A DNA stretch of 64,000 nt from Stegostoma tigrinum (lineage: Eukaryota), in the NCBI RefSeq assembly GCF_030684315.1, contig NC_081386.1:30485020-30549019 (forward strand), read 5' to 3'. The position numbers were made by a program, and so were the translations under genes. Each line of letters starts with the position of its first letter. Within the stretch, counting starts at the first letter, position 1. Shown one piece after another: positions 52,031 through 64,000 of this stretch. Below the pieces are notes generated by a model, which had not been told where the DNA came from, made no database searches, and saw nothing but the letters and a program-made list of their open reading frames with translations.

Positions 52031-52959
52031 GAATTCCCATGAATGTGAAAGTATTTTTTATCCTTGTTTGAATTCTGGTGACTGCCCCACCAATGTGGCG
52101 ATGTTCTGGGTGAACCTGGTGGAGTTTAGCCAGTATCTGGAAGTGACCATTGCTGGGAACAATCACTCTTGCTCTCTATAATGAAATGCCATCCTATACA
52201 GTGAAATGGTCTCATGAGGTGCAAAAAGACTTCAATTCCTGGTTATTATGGCCGGATCCTTTTGTGTCCACAGTGTGATATTGTCAACAGTGACCAGAAG
52301 GGTGTCCGGAAGGTTTAAAACCAGAATGGAGGGACCACCAATGATGTATCTGCCATCAGGAGGTGGCTCAAGGCAACCACTGTTGCTACTTGGCTCCAGA
52401 ATGGTGTTGCAACTTGTACGCACTTAGAATGAGAGCCCACTACTGAATTCAGTGTGAAGCTATCGGCGGCACGGCCTTATCCTCTTCGAGTAGCCCCACC
52501 ATGGGTTTGTGGCCTGTTATGATTACAAATTTACATCCATAACGTATTGGTGGAACTTCCTCAAAGCAAAGATGAACTCCAAACCTTCCTTCTCTATTTG
52601 GGTGTATTTGCATCACGTGTAAGCCAAGATATGGGCATTCTTCTTCATTGGGCCATCTGTGAGTTAACACTACCCTGATACCGTAGGGGAGGCATCGCAT
52701 GTCAGCAGCAGATCTTGACTGGGGTCATAGTGTGCTAACACTTTAGACGATGATAACTGCTTCTTGACTTCCCAAACTGCTATGTCTTGCTACTAGACAT
52801 TTCCAAGGCTGCCCCTTTATCAATAGCAGATGTAAGGGTACCAGGATAGAGGCCAGGTTATGTATGAACTTTCTGTAATAATTCACCAACCCAAGGAAAG
52901 ACCTAATCTCTGTAGGGAGCCAGGTCACCTTTGATTGTCCTCACTTTATCTTCCATCAA

Positions 52960-53237
52960 AACTGAGCATATTTCTAGAGAGAGAGGAGAAAGACTTTAAA
53001 GATACATGAGGAGCAACATTTTTACAGAGAATAGTTAGTGTGTGGAATGATCTACCAGAGGAAGTGGTGGTTGCAGGTATAGCCACAACATTTAAAAGAC
53101 ATTTGAATAAGTACAAGAATAGGAAAGGCTATGGGGGATAATGGGCTAAATGCAGGCAGGTGGAACTAGATTAGTTTGGGAACATTGTTGACGTGGACTA
53201 ATTGTCCAAAGGTTCTGTTTCCATGCTGTATGACTAA
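52960..53237 (+). mobile_element. CR1 3' end nested in Gypsy
   Basis: Homologous to ~47255-47510. Confidence 0.8.
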
Positions 53238-53734
53238 TGAGAGGAGGACTGAAGGTAACATGGTCTTGCCAACTCCGTAGCCCAAATAGGTTACTTGGGC
53301 TGCCTGAAACACACATTTTACCTTTCTAAGATGTATGCCTGCCTTCTGGAAATGTCTAAAGACTATACCAACTTCTCTATGTATTTTTTATTGGTCTTCC
53401 CCTTTATTAGCACATCATCCAGATAAATGGCGACCTGGGGTCGACCTTGTAAAATGTTCTCAATTGTCTGCCGAAAAATGGCACAGGTTGATGATACCCC
53501 AAATAGCAGTCTTGTGTCTTGGTACAAACCATTATAATTATTAATTGGAGCATACTTCTGGAAATCCTCATCTTAACTGCACTTACGGGTACACATGACT
53601 TATGTCCAACTTTGTGAAAGACAGCTCACTACCAGCTTTGCATTTATATCCTCAATGCGAGGGATTGGGTGTTTATCCACCTGCGAGAAGCAGTTTACCA
53701 TTTGTTAAAATTCCTCACAAATGAATCCATTGTT

Positions 53735-53915
53735 GATTGTTGGAAAAAGCCATCTGGTTCGCTTATGTGCTTCAGAGAAAGAAACTGCCATCCTTACCTG
53801 GTCTGGCCTACATGTGATTCCAAACCCACAGTGATTTCTGCTCTGAGCAATTAGGGACGGGCAATAAATGCTGGCCTAGTCAGCGATGCCCTCATCCCGT
53901 CAATTAATAAAAAAC
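53735..53915 (+). mobile_element. SINE 3' portion nested in Gypsy
   Basis: Same family as 51835-52030. Confidence 0.8.
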
Positions 53916-56900
53916 AAAATTTCCAACCTCCTGATTTCTGTCTCTACTTTTGCATATAAGGCAAATAGCACTGGGCAGGCCTTATACAATCATGGAATTT
54001 CTTCCTTACCAACATGCAAGATGCCCTTGATTCCTCTGAGAGTCCCTAGACCTTCCTGAAAAATGTATGTGTTTTTAATTAGGACTTCACTCAGGCAGCC
54101 ATTTTCTAATCAAAACATGTTGAGCTAATCTGAATCTTTCTCAACCAATTTTGCCCCATCAGCTTGAACCTGAGCTTTTTACTACAATCAGTGGTAACTA
54201 AATCAACTGTTTCTCATGTGAGACCCAAACCAAAATTGTATCCTTAATCTGTAAAGGTTCCCTGATATAGGTTCTCAGTATCGTCAAGGTCTTGTGCAAA
54301 TTTAAGGGTTGGAGTCCAGAGCAAATTATGTTAAAGACTGGTTCTGCCATCGCTGATACAGCTGGACCAATATTAACTCCCATTAGAACCAGGTGACCAG
54401 ATGTTTATTTTGATTAGTTCTGATTCGGATATTGCTAAGCAATTTAACTGTTCCAAGTCAGCTGTAGATGGGCTTTCTAGGGAATACACTCTCTTCTAGA
54501 TACCAGCCTATGAATTCTATTACTCAGTTCAGACCTAGTGGGACTCTTTTGCTGTCTTGAAACCGCATATCAACAGCAACTGCAATGGCTTGCCAGCCTG
54601 GATCCTGAAGAAAATTTTAACCATTTGTCCAAGGTTTGGTTTTGGTTTGGTGTTTTGCTGTGGGCTGACCTAGAGTTCCTCCAATCAGGCCAAGTAAAAC
54701 TGATTGCATCTCAAAATTAGAAATGACCTGTGGTCAGAATATTTCTTAACTAAATCTGTCAGCTGTTGAAAGATTTTAATATTTGGTGCCTCCAGTAAGG
54801 TTAGGCTCCTAATTATCAACAAAGCTGCTGCTCCACATGTTGTTAGGAGAATTAGGCTTTTCATTTGCCTCAATGTCATTTGCCCAGAAAAAGCAACGCA
54901 TTTTTTTCCATATACTGGGACCAGTCTTTGACAGCAGGATTGAACAAATCAAGCTTCCCAGATCAGCTTCTAGCATGATGCCAGAAATGTTTATCCCAAC
55001 TAAAACATGACTGTTAACAAGCAAATTTCTTTAGGACTGTATTATTTCTCTCGTTGCCACTAAAGTAACTTCACAGATGCTGGTATCCCATCACCAAATC
55101 CCCTTTTATTTTCATGTAACAGTATTTGACACCAGTCCAGCTGCTTCACAACCAGGTTTTACAGTGAGCAGAACCCCTGACACACTTGTTTATATCTCCC
55201 GGCCTGGGCTTCCTGATTGGACCAGATTAACGGCCCTAATCAGGGAATTCTATTCTATGATGTATACTTGGCTAACCTCATTACAATCACTGCACCAGGT
55301 ATCAACATGCCTAGTGAACCTTCTCTGACTACCAATAGTTTTGGATATATAAGGGGACCAAAACTGTTCACAGTAATCCAGGCATGTTCTGACTTGTGTC
55401 TTGCATAGTTTTAGCAAGACTTCGCTAGTTTTACACTCCATTCCCTTTGAAATAAATGCCAACATTTAATTTGCCTTCCTGATTACTGCTGAACTTCAGT
55501 GCTTTTTATAATTCATACATGATGATCCCCAAATCCCTCTGTGCTGCAGCTTTCATTTATGATACCTGTTGCATTATAATACAAACCCTGATCCTACTGC
55601 AAACCTTGTGATTTCCAAAGGAGCAAGAAAACATTAAAACACAGCATTTTGTGTCAAAAATAAATCTCTGAAACTCCTCTCATCCATGAGACCACGCAGA
55701 CTCTGATAAGTCTACACTTCCAACTTTTGCCACAAGAAAACCTCTACCCCAGTTGCTTTTGTTTGAAAGAATTCACAGGCCAGAAACCTGTTCCATAGGT
55801 CTGCTATTTTCTTGGTAAAGACCCAGTTTCTGACTCCTAGTCTAGAGTTTAATTTATTCAACTTAAATTTGCACCCTTCCCCGTACCATCCCACAATATT
55901 CCCTAATTATTAGTTTTCTGTTATATGCAAGATATCTCTGCAAAGGACTTCCAGTTTCTTAAAGTCAACATCAGCACAATCCATGTAGCTAAGTGAAAAC
56001 ACAAGTAAAATATTAGTAATGCATAGAAATAAAGTGTAATTTTCAGTGCATTATTTCTGAAAGCATTAAAAAGATATAGTGTTACAAACAGAAAAACACC
56101 CTGCCCACCCATCACCAAAAACCTGAAGCAATTATTTAAATTATTTATGTATTACAGTGAGCTTTTTTTGTTTTAATCATTTACTGAAAAACTACATAAT
56201 TAAAATTACAAATGTTCTATTTAAAAGTGACAGAAATAAAATACATCCCTGGATAAGTACTCATTCTGTGATTAGTGATTCATGAGGTACTTATGCATTG
56301 TAAAGCATAAATTATTTAGGAAGAAAAATCACATTAATTTTATTGTTACTCAGATATTTATAGGGGTGGCAGAAACAATTATATAACCCCCGAAGCATTT
56401 ATTTTCAAGTCCAAACATTAACATAGGCCAAACCAATTTTGTTTTGTGCACTGGCCTAACCTCCTGTGTGCTGGTGTTTTTCAAATCCTTTTCTAGCATC
56501 TATTTGAAAGGTATCTTCTGGGAAAATTCTTGACACATCCTTTTCATATATATATATATATAATATATGCTTCTACATAGGACAAAATGCCTTGAGTACA
56601 AAAGACTGAAAACTAATGCAAAAAAAATCCCCATGCATTTAGGAACTTATTTTAATTGCTGTTGTAACATGCAATGAGCTTTAATAAACAATGTCCTTGA
56701 ACAGGACACTAAGCTCTGTGAATGCTAGGTCTGATTTTCTGGCCACTGAGTATGAATGGACTGAATCTACACCAAATGTCATTTTAATACGTATTTTAAG
56801 ACTGCTTCATTTGTGGGCAAATGTTTGATTCCTTGGCAATAAGGACCATGAAGGTCACAGACATGTTTGGCAGTCTATTCTGTCAGCTGATCACTATGAG

Positions 56901-57814
56901 GGTGGGCATAATAAATGGCTTTCATGTTCTGTATTTGGAAGTATGAATGCTAATGAATCATATAATGGATTTTTGCAGCTCTCACTATCTCATCAAGTTG
57001 GCTGTTTTTCACATATAGGCTTAGAAAGAGTATCAGAAAACTGCAGAAACATTACAGTTAACCCCCGTTTCTTCCACAATTATCATCTACATGGTGCTTT
57101 CTCTTTCTAGTTAATACCATATTTACAGCAGAGAAACGGGTAATTGACCTAATTGGTTCATGTCAGTATTTATGCTTCAGTTCAACCTCCCCTCATACTG
57201 CTTCATTTTATCCTATCAGCTTATTCCCATCCTTTTTAGCTCATGTATTTATCTAGCTTCTCCTTATTTCCCCACTGCTCAATATAGTAGGGTGGTCCAA
57301 ATTCTAACCACTCTCTAGATAAAAACATTTCCCTGGAATTTCCTGTTTAATTTACTTCATTAAATAGATATTAGGATCAAGAACTTTAGATAAGATGGAA
57401 TTGAGTGCAACTCTGGTTTAATGTCCCAATTGATTTTTATTCTCTAGTGAAATGAATGAAGAGTAATATCAAGTGAGGTGTAAATCTAGCTGTGGAAGAC
57501 ATGCAGGTTTGGGAGAGGGAGACTCTGAGCTGGGGTAGGCTTAATTGTAGTATCCGGAGATGCCGGTGCATTGCAGCAAGTGTGTATTTCAGGAGTCACA
57601 GGGAGAAACTCTTCTGTAGGATAAATCTAGCCGATCTTGTTTGTTTCCTCCTGGTGAGTTACATTAAATTGGTCCCATTATGCCTGTCTTGGTTCAGTTG
57701 TGGCATTTTACATTGGAATCAAATGGGTTCAAAACTGGTCGACCTTAGCATATGTTTTAGATTGGCATTTCAGTACACTACTGCAAAAGTTTTGCATTGT
57801 CTGTGATGGCATTT

Positions 57815-58200
57815 TCATATGAGATGTTAAATTGAGGCCCACTTGCCTGTTCAGCTGGGTAGAAAGATCCCATGGAACCACTCAAAGAAAGAATTCACAT
57901 GACACCGGGTTGTAGTTCAACAGGTTTATTTGAAACCACAAGCTTTCTGAGTGCTGCTCCTTCGTTAGGTGAAGTGGAGGGAAGTGCACAGGCACAGACT
58001 GTGTCCACCCCAGTCCAATACTGGCACCGCCATATCATATGCAAAGAAAAGCAGAGGAGCTCACCCAGCACATAGAACATTTGTTCTTCAACCAACACCA
58101 CCAATACAGATTAACTGGTCATCTAGTATATCACCTTGTTGTGTCTAGATTAGTATACATATTTCTCTACAAAAATAATAGTGTCTGTTCATTAAGAATA
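57815..58200 (+). mobile_element. Deu-domain SINE (AmnSINE1/SacSINE1-like) interrupted by a PLE fragment
   Basis: GAGATGTTAAATTGAGGCCC...AAAGATCCCATGG...GCAGAGGAG...TCAACCAACACCAC resembles the Deu-domain consensus, recalled from memory. Confidence 0.65.
57893..58040. mobile_element. Short Penelope-like insertion (third family) with degenerate hammerhead
   Basis: The - strand 57937-57971 reads CAC-CUAACGA-A-GGAGC(AGC)ACUCA-GAAAG-CUU-GUG, with palindromic AGCU stem III. CAAAGAAA is repeated on both flanks. Confidence 0.7.
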
Positions 58201-59589
58201 ATTTAATGATTGCAAAGTATATTAGAAGAAGGTCCAGCCTATTTGTTTGCCTCTTTAATCATGTATTCTTTCCACAGAGGGACCAATGATCCTGTATTTA
58301 TTTTAAACCAGATTTTATATCCCATGTTGATTTTGCCAGTGTGAGATATGGTCTCTAATTGTTTTTATCATTTGGGAATAGTTGATAGCTTATGTTTTTA
58401 TTTCCTCCTTTATTGTCTAGATTGCATTCTCTATTATTTACACAAATCCATAACAAAAGGTTATTAAAAATATCTCAGTGTACCAGTTTACTATAACTTT
58501 TGTTCTTGGACACAGACATAGCAATTAACAGTTTCTGTTATTCACGACTGAAATGTTAAATTAAAAGTACTGCGTACCTCAACTAGTGCTAGAAAAAGTA
58601 AATAAACTCAGATGACTCAATTTAATTATTATCCTTATTATTGTGACTGGGACTTGGGGAAGTCTCTTGTGCAGCAAGATCAGAAAATATAAAGCAGAAA
58701 TATAGTGATTAAGGCCCCAGTTCTATCGATTGTCTGGCTTAAGTAATTTTTCATTACTTACATAAGATTTAATCAGGAATAGTATTTAAAGATCTCTGCT
58801 TGGCACAAGTCATTAGCATGTAATTGAACTCAGAAGAAAGACTGTTAAACCTATGTTGATTACCACCTTATCTTTGAAAGGCAATTTAGACTTTCAATCA
58901 GAGCGACAAGTTTGATTGTGTAGCCCTTATTGGACATTGATCTTTTAGCAAAGTGCAGTTACATTTTCCATTAATTTACAGTTACATGATTTCAGCTCCG
59001 ATACCCAATACATTTGACCCAGGCAATGTGTAATACTAAGCAGCTGTCTAGTTTAAAGTTCTGTGGCAGTCATGCCTATTAAACTAGAATGCTGAAACAA
59101 GCTGCAACATGATCGTCCAGGACAGGTTAGGTTTAAGCACCTTGGGACAATTTTTCCATGTTAAACGAGCTATATGAATGCAAGTTGTTATAGTTTGTGA
59201 ACTTTGTAACACGAGGAATCTGTGTGGTTCTCACTATTGGCACAGAGTGCATTTTAAAATACAACGTGAGAATAAAAATAACTCAGCAATAACTATTTCT
59301 TATTCAAACTTACCCCTTCAAAATTGTAAAAACAAAGCCAGTGTTAGCCTATTAAAACAGTCGTGTCTGCTCCTGTCTACATCTGATGTCTGTATACATA
59401 TAATTTGCAGGAGGAAAATCAGAAAAATATGCAAAAATATGGCCTCTATGCGAAGAGGCCATTCAGCCATTCAAACGTTCTTTGCCATTGGATCACATCA
59501 TGGTTGATGTGAATCTTAACTGTCTAACCAACTTGATTTTATAACGCTTAAATACCCTTGCCCAATAAAAATCCATCAATTTTATAGCA

Positions 59590-59745
59590 TCATAATCATA
59601 CAGCATGGAAACAGACCTTCAGTTCAACTCGTCCATGCCGAACAGCTATCCAAAACTTAACTAGTCCCATTTGCTTGCATTTCATCCATTTGCCTCTAAA
59701 CCTTACCTATTCGTGTACCTGTCCAGTTGTCTTTTAAATGTTGTA
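59590..59745 (-). mobile_element. CR1 3' end
   Basis: CAGCATGGAAACAGACCTTCAG...CTAGTCCCATTTGC, same family as 9785-10112. Confidence 0.75.
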
Positions 59746-59814
59746 ATTTAGTTTTAAATTTTCAAATTGTTCTGAACTCAATAACTTTCTTCAGAAGAAG
59801 TTTCCAATTTCTAC

Positions 59815-60030
59815 TATCAGTTCAGTGGCTGGGCAAATGGTTTGTGAAGCAGTGTGATCCGGACAGTGTGGGTTCAATTCCCACACCAGCTGAGGTTACC
59901 ATGAAGGACTCTCCTTCTCAACCTCTCACCTTGGCTGAGGTGTGGTGGCCCTCAGGTTAAATCACCACCAGTCATCTCTCTTCAATGAGACAGCAGCTCT
60001 ATGGTCTGATAAGACTATGGTGACATACCT
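59815..60030 (+). mobile_element. tRNA-derived SINE (other family)
   Basis: A-box-like TCAGTTCAGTGG and B box GGTTCAATTCC, followed by a non-tRNA body. Confidence 0.6.
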
Positions 60031-60916
60031 ACATCCAAGAATTTCTTGCTTTAATTGTTCCATGGACAAAAAATATTTCTCTTTATCTACTCCATCAATT
60101 TTATTTGGTCACTGGACAGTGATTAGGAACACTCCGAACAAATTCCTCAACTGTTGATATGGCTAAAATTAATCAAACCCATGAAGAGTCAAATCTGGTA
60201 CTTTTTTGAACCAGGTGACTGAGACTGCTGCTGGACAGTCAATTTAAGTACTGAACAGATGAGAGAATAGCGGTACCATTAGTTCACAAATAATCTGAAT
60301 CTTAATCTTAGATGATAAATCAAATCATTTTGACATTCCTGTTAAAAGATATTTAATACTGACCTCCAAACGAAGTTATTATTAGACTCCAGGAAATGTA
60401 ATCTAGCACAAAGTTACTTCCATCATCTCATATAGCTTACTCTAGTTTCAGTAATTTGAAATTACTTGTGACTGTACACTGGAGAGTATGAAGCAATGAA
60501 TATAGGGTATCTCACCAGTCACACAGTCCCAATGTTCCTTCATGGATATAAAAGATCTTTTAGTTCAACTGCACCAAAAATTATGAAACCCTTTTACTTA
60601 AGGAAAGAATTATTATCTGTTCTTGTCCTATTTCTTTTTTCTACCCATTTCGTGTTTCTTCATCACCTCTTTATCTAATACACCTCCAGCTGAGATCAAC
60701 TAACGAGCCATGGAATGGGGATCAAACTTGAAACCTTCCTGGTCTAGCCACATTGATAACAGTGAATTTGCATTGTCCTAGTTTTCTGTAGTGAGTTGCT
60801 GGTTTGTATTAGTACTTAGACATTTATGCAAGCATTTGTTGAATATGTACTGTCTGACAAGAATTCACATTTAAGTAGCACCTTTTTATAGAATTATAGA
60901 ATATCTACATAACGCG

Positions 60917-61230
60917 GGGTGGCACGGTGGCTCAATGGTTAGCACTGCAGCCTCACAGCGCCAGGGACCCAGGTTCGATTCCAGCCTCTGGCAACTGTCT
61001 GTGTGGAGTTTGCACGTTCTCTCCGTGTCTGCATGGGTTTCATCCGAGTGCTCCGGTTTCCTCCCACAGTCCAAAGATGTGCAGGCTAGGTGGGTTGGCC
61101 AGGCTAAATTGCCCGTAGTGTTCAGAGGTGTGTGGGTTATAGGGGGATGGGTCTGGGTGGGATGCTTCAAGGGGTGGTGTGGACTTGTTGGACCAAAGGG
61201 CCTGTTTCCACACTGTAGGGAATCTAATCT
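60917..61230 (+). mobile_element. Full-length HE1-type V-SINE
   Basis: A box TGGCTCAATGG, B box GGTTCGATTCC, V domain, CR1-like tail GGCCTGTTTCCACACTGTAGGGAATCTAATCT. Confidence 0.93.
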
Positions 61231-61782
61231 TTAAAAAAAACCTAGAAACTTCAAAGGCAGAAGGAAAGAAAAAGATCTAAGCCCAAATTAGTTATTAGCA
61301 TAACCTTCAGATAGCAAGACAAACCTCCTTTGAATAATTATAGATAGCAGTATGCTATTATTGGCATGACATTAAAAATACAACATTAACCCATGGATAC
61401 AGAATTTGCCTATACTAATGGGATCTTATATTTTACAGAAAATAGGACATGTCCATGGATTAAGAAAGGAAAACAAACAGGCAAATGAATCTCATAGCAG
61501 CCTTACAGAATCCTAGTGATCTCTGATGGCATTGCTTGGGGCAAGACAGGGGCCATTATTTTGAAGCACAGTGACTAATGTAAGCTCTTCAGGAGAGAGG
61601 GGAGTCAAAAACATCTGATCCAATGATGAAGATTGCACAAATTGTCATCGTTGGGTGATTGGTTAAAGGGTGAATGGTTTGGATCTACAATCTGCTGGTT
61701 GTAGGACAACAGTACCACACACACTGAAAACCAAATAGATGTATGGATTCAAAACAAATCAAGCAAATTCCTATGGAAAAGT

Positions 61783-61941
61783 TAATAAAATGTGAGGCTG
61801 GATGAACACAGCAGGCCAAGCAGCATCTCAGGAGCACAAAAGCTGACGTTTCGGGCCTAGACCCTTCATCAGAGAGGGGGATGGGGGGAGGGAACTGGGA
61901 GGAACTCTGGAATCTCCAGCATCTGCAGTTCCCATTATCTC
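61783..61941. mobile_element. Young short Penelope-like insertion with inversion
   Basis: 14-bp TSD TCCTATGGAAAAGT (61769-61782, 61942-61955). 61783-~61900 is nearly identical to ~22465-22580. ~61910-61941 is the inverted terminal segment. Confidence 0.93.
61845..61872 (-). ncRNA. Minimal hammerhead ribozyme motif
   Basis: CUGAUGA-A-GGGU(CUAG)GCCC-GAAAC-GUC, identical to 23506-23533. Confidence 0.7.
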
Positions 61942-64000
61942 TCCTATGGAAAAGTATCTGGCATCATCAAACCAGCAGTTTTCAATGAAAGGAGCCTGTT
62001 ATGGAAATTGGCTTGTCAATCAATTTGGCATTTATGTGTCAATGAGACTCGCCAATCTCAATCAAGTGGAACTGTCACTACTTTCTAGAATTGTTTAATT
62101 TTTGGAGTGATTGTACAGGTGGGAAAAGGTACAGGTCAATTATCGAGACAAAATATGGGGACAATTGCAGAGAATGCTGTAAATTATTACAGTGGTCTGA
62201 GAACACTGCACTGCTGTGCCCGAGTGATAATTTCATTTACAGTACGAGCCTAATGGGATGTGGTCACAGTTGACAGGTGAATTTCAATGTAAGTAATACT
62301 GTAGAGACTGAGTTGTGATCTCAATTACAGCAGACAGGTGGTGAGCAGGTTAGTTTTCAGACACTTACGTTATGTTGTTGTTGAAACAGACACCGGAAAC
62401 CATGATCAACGGCTTTATTTTATTTTCTTGCTAACTGTTTAAAAGTGCAATATTGTTTTGATAAATTGCAATGCTGGTAGACTTGGGTGATATCATTGTG
62501 TCCACCGATCATGAACATAATGCAAAATATTTCATTCCAAACTCATCATTAGAGTTCCTGTTTCTGGCAATGAGATTATATTCAGAATTAATGCACCAGA
62601 AATAACACATCAATGTCTAGTGCAGAAAAGGAGTACAAAGCAATATGCAATTAAGAATGAGCACCTTGACTCAATCTACAAGCTTGTTCTTCGATTAAGC
62701 TTATTTGCCCTCAATTACAACTTATTATATGATGGTGCCTCCATTATTCTTTAATTCCCCAGACTCCCAGAATTAGATCCTTCCTTTATAATAGTCAGTC
62801 TTCTAACAGTACATAAATCTCTTCCACGTAGCAATCTTTATAATGGATTGTCTGAAAAGTATTAGAAAAACTTGTGATTATGGGAATAATTTATGATTCA
62901 TTTTGGGTATTAATTATAATTTTTCAGGTACTACTTTTACAAGCTCCCAGTTAATGTCTTTCTGACTAAAAGCTAAATTAAAGGACAGTATAGATGTGTC
63001 ATAATTTCTACATTATGGAAAAATTATAGCATTTAGTAGAGAACATTTTACTTTCTTAATGGTAATTCCAATAGAAAAAAATTAACCCCTTAGTTATTTC
63101 TATATGAAGACACTACTTGTTCTAGCATAACCCTCTTAACAGTGACTAACAAACCTTACTAGAAATGATTACTGTGATATCTTCTATTTTCATTTCCTTT
63201 CTTCCAGTATTTGTAATAAATTTTCTACCTTTATCTATTTTCTTCTGATACAGTAATTCATATTGTTTTAATATATGATTGCCAGTAACCCTTTGCTAAT
63301 TCACTAAGTAGAATTGTTCCACCTGTGTCTTTGGACAAAACATTCCACAGTTAAATCCAGTCCTTCCTTGATCCCTACTTCTGTGCTTTCCAGTAGGGGA
63401 TCACTGAACAATTACCAAAAGCTGAGAGACAAGCTAATTGTTCTCAATCAGTCTCCAAATCAGATGGCGGTCAATTGTGGAATTCTATTGCTGACTTTTT
63501 TGCTCATGCTATAAGGGGGAAGCTGTTTTCTATTTCTGTCATCTACTTCGAGGTACCAGAGTTAAGTATCATGAAATTGCTAATGGGTCCAGATGGGCTA
63601 GATATTATGTCTGCCAGCCAGGCATGTTTTCATGGTGGAGAAGGCATATTAAATATGATGGGTGGCTAACCTACTGTCTTCCTGCCCATTCTCAAATCAA
63701 AATTAGGATCCCGTTGCTATGTTGCAAAAAAATTAACAAGCAATTGAGCTTGTTAACAAACCAATTAACTCAAATAATGCAGAGCTCACATTATAAAACA
63801 TTTGACTAGAGCAGTTGGGTAAAACTTGACATTATCTGAGTCTGGAGTCAAGAGCTGTCTTCATTCTGGTGCTTACTTGCATTCCTAGTAATGCTTACTG
63901 CTCATTGTGTTTTTCTGGGACTGATTGGGAGCAATTCTTAAGCTTGAGACTTCCAATGAGGATTATGAATCTAACTCTTCTCCTTAAGGCCACCCACAGC

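Larger units (their letters stand above)
50849..55294 (-). mobile_element. Decayed Ty3/Gypsy provirus, same family as 3953-8063
   Basis: LTRs 55061-55294 and 50849-51073, TSD TCAGG/CCAGG. PBS-like TGGCAACGAG (55050-55059) resembles the tRNA-Ser(GCU) 3' end. RSFLGLVNYYRKFI and integrase motifs (RVHVDYAG, VDAHSKWL) are present. Confidence 0.92.
50395..55555 (-). mobile_element. CR1 3' fragment split by the Gypsy provirus (~50395-50848 and 55295-~55555)
   Basis: MLAFISKGMECKTSEVLLKLCKTQVRTCLDYCEQFWSPY on the right and a CR1 3'UTR on the left. Confidence 0.8.

Noticed and set aside
60917-60995. tRNA gene (A and B boxes)
   Set aside because: Continues into the V-domain and LINE tail, so it is a SINE head.
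1-64000. Novel prokaryotic-type system, operon or CRISPR array
   Set aside because: The sequence is eukaryotic intron and intergenic DNA. There are no long ORFs or regularly spaced repeat-spacer arrays, and dispersed repeats are explained by TEs.

Overview
This is AT-rich, repeat-dense vertebrate DNA. The HE1 V-SINEs and the CR1 and Penelope families point to a shark; a carpet shark is my inference. The only host gene I can support is MAP2K5 (MEK5) on the - strand. Coding exons 1-3 (35531-35671, 20666-20714, 17161-17228) encode most of the PB1 domain, a CpG-rich 5' region lies at ~35.5-36.3 kb, and exon 4 was not found and probably lies left of the window. The rest is intron or upstream DNA filled with nested, decayed mobile elements: two same-family Gypsy proviruses with LTRs and TSDs, a third Gypsy integrase fragment, many CR1 LINE pieces, several SINE families and more than 10 Penelope-like (PLE) insertions. 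The strongest unannotated signal is a set of about 12 minimal hammerhead-ribozyme motifs (CUGANGA-stem II-GAAAC-GUH) carried by several PLE families. They sit in fold-back insertions with 11-15 bp TSDs and a recurrent inversion breakpoint. PLE hammerheads are a known class, so the novelty is local (density, double-ribozyme mini-element, copies sense in the MAP2K5 pre-mRNA) rather than a new system. Other points: an overlapping uORF and a 32-bp tandem repeat in the MAP2K5 leader, two ~210-220 bp local duplications, and two candidate poison exons. No prokaryotic genes, CRISPR arrays, rRNA or true tRNA genes are supported. Most short ORFs in the track are repeat-derived or spurious. All alignments were done by eye, so repeat boundaries are approximate unless a TSD is given.
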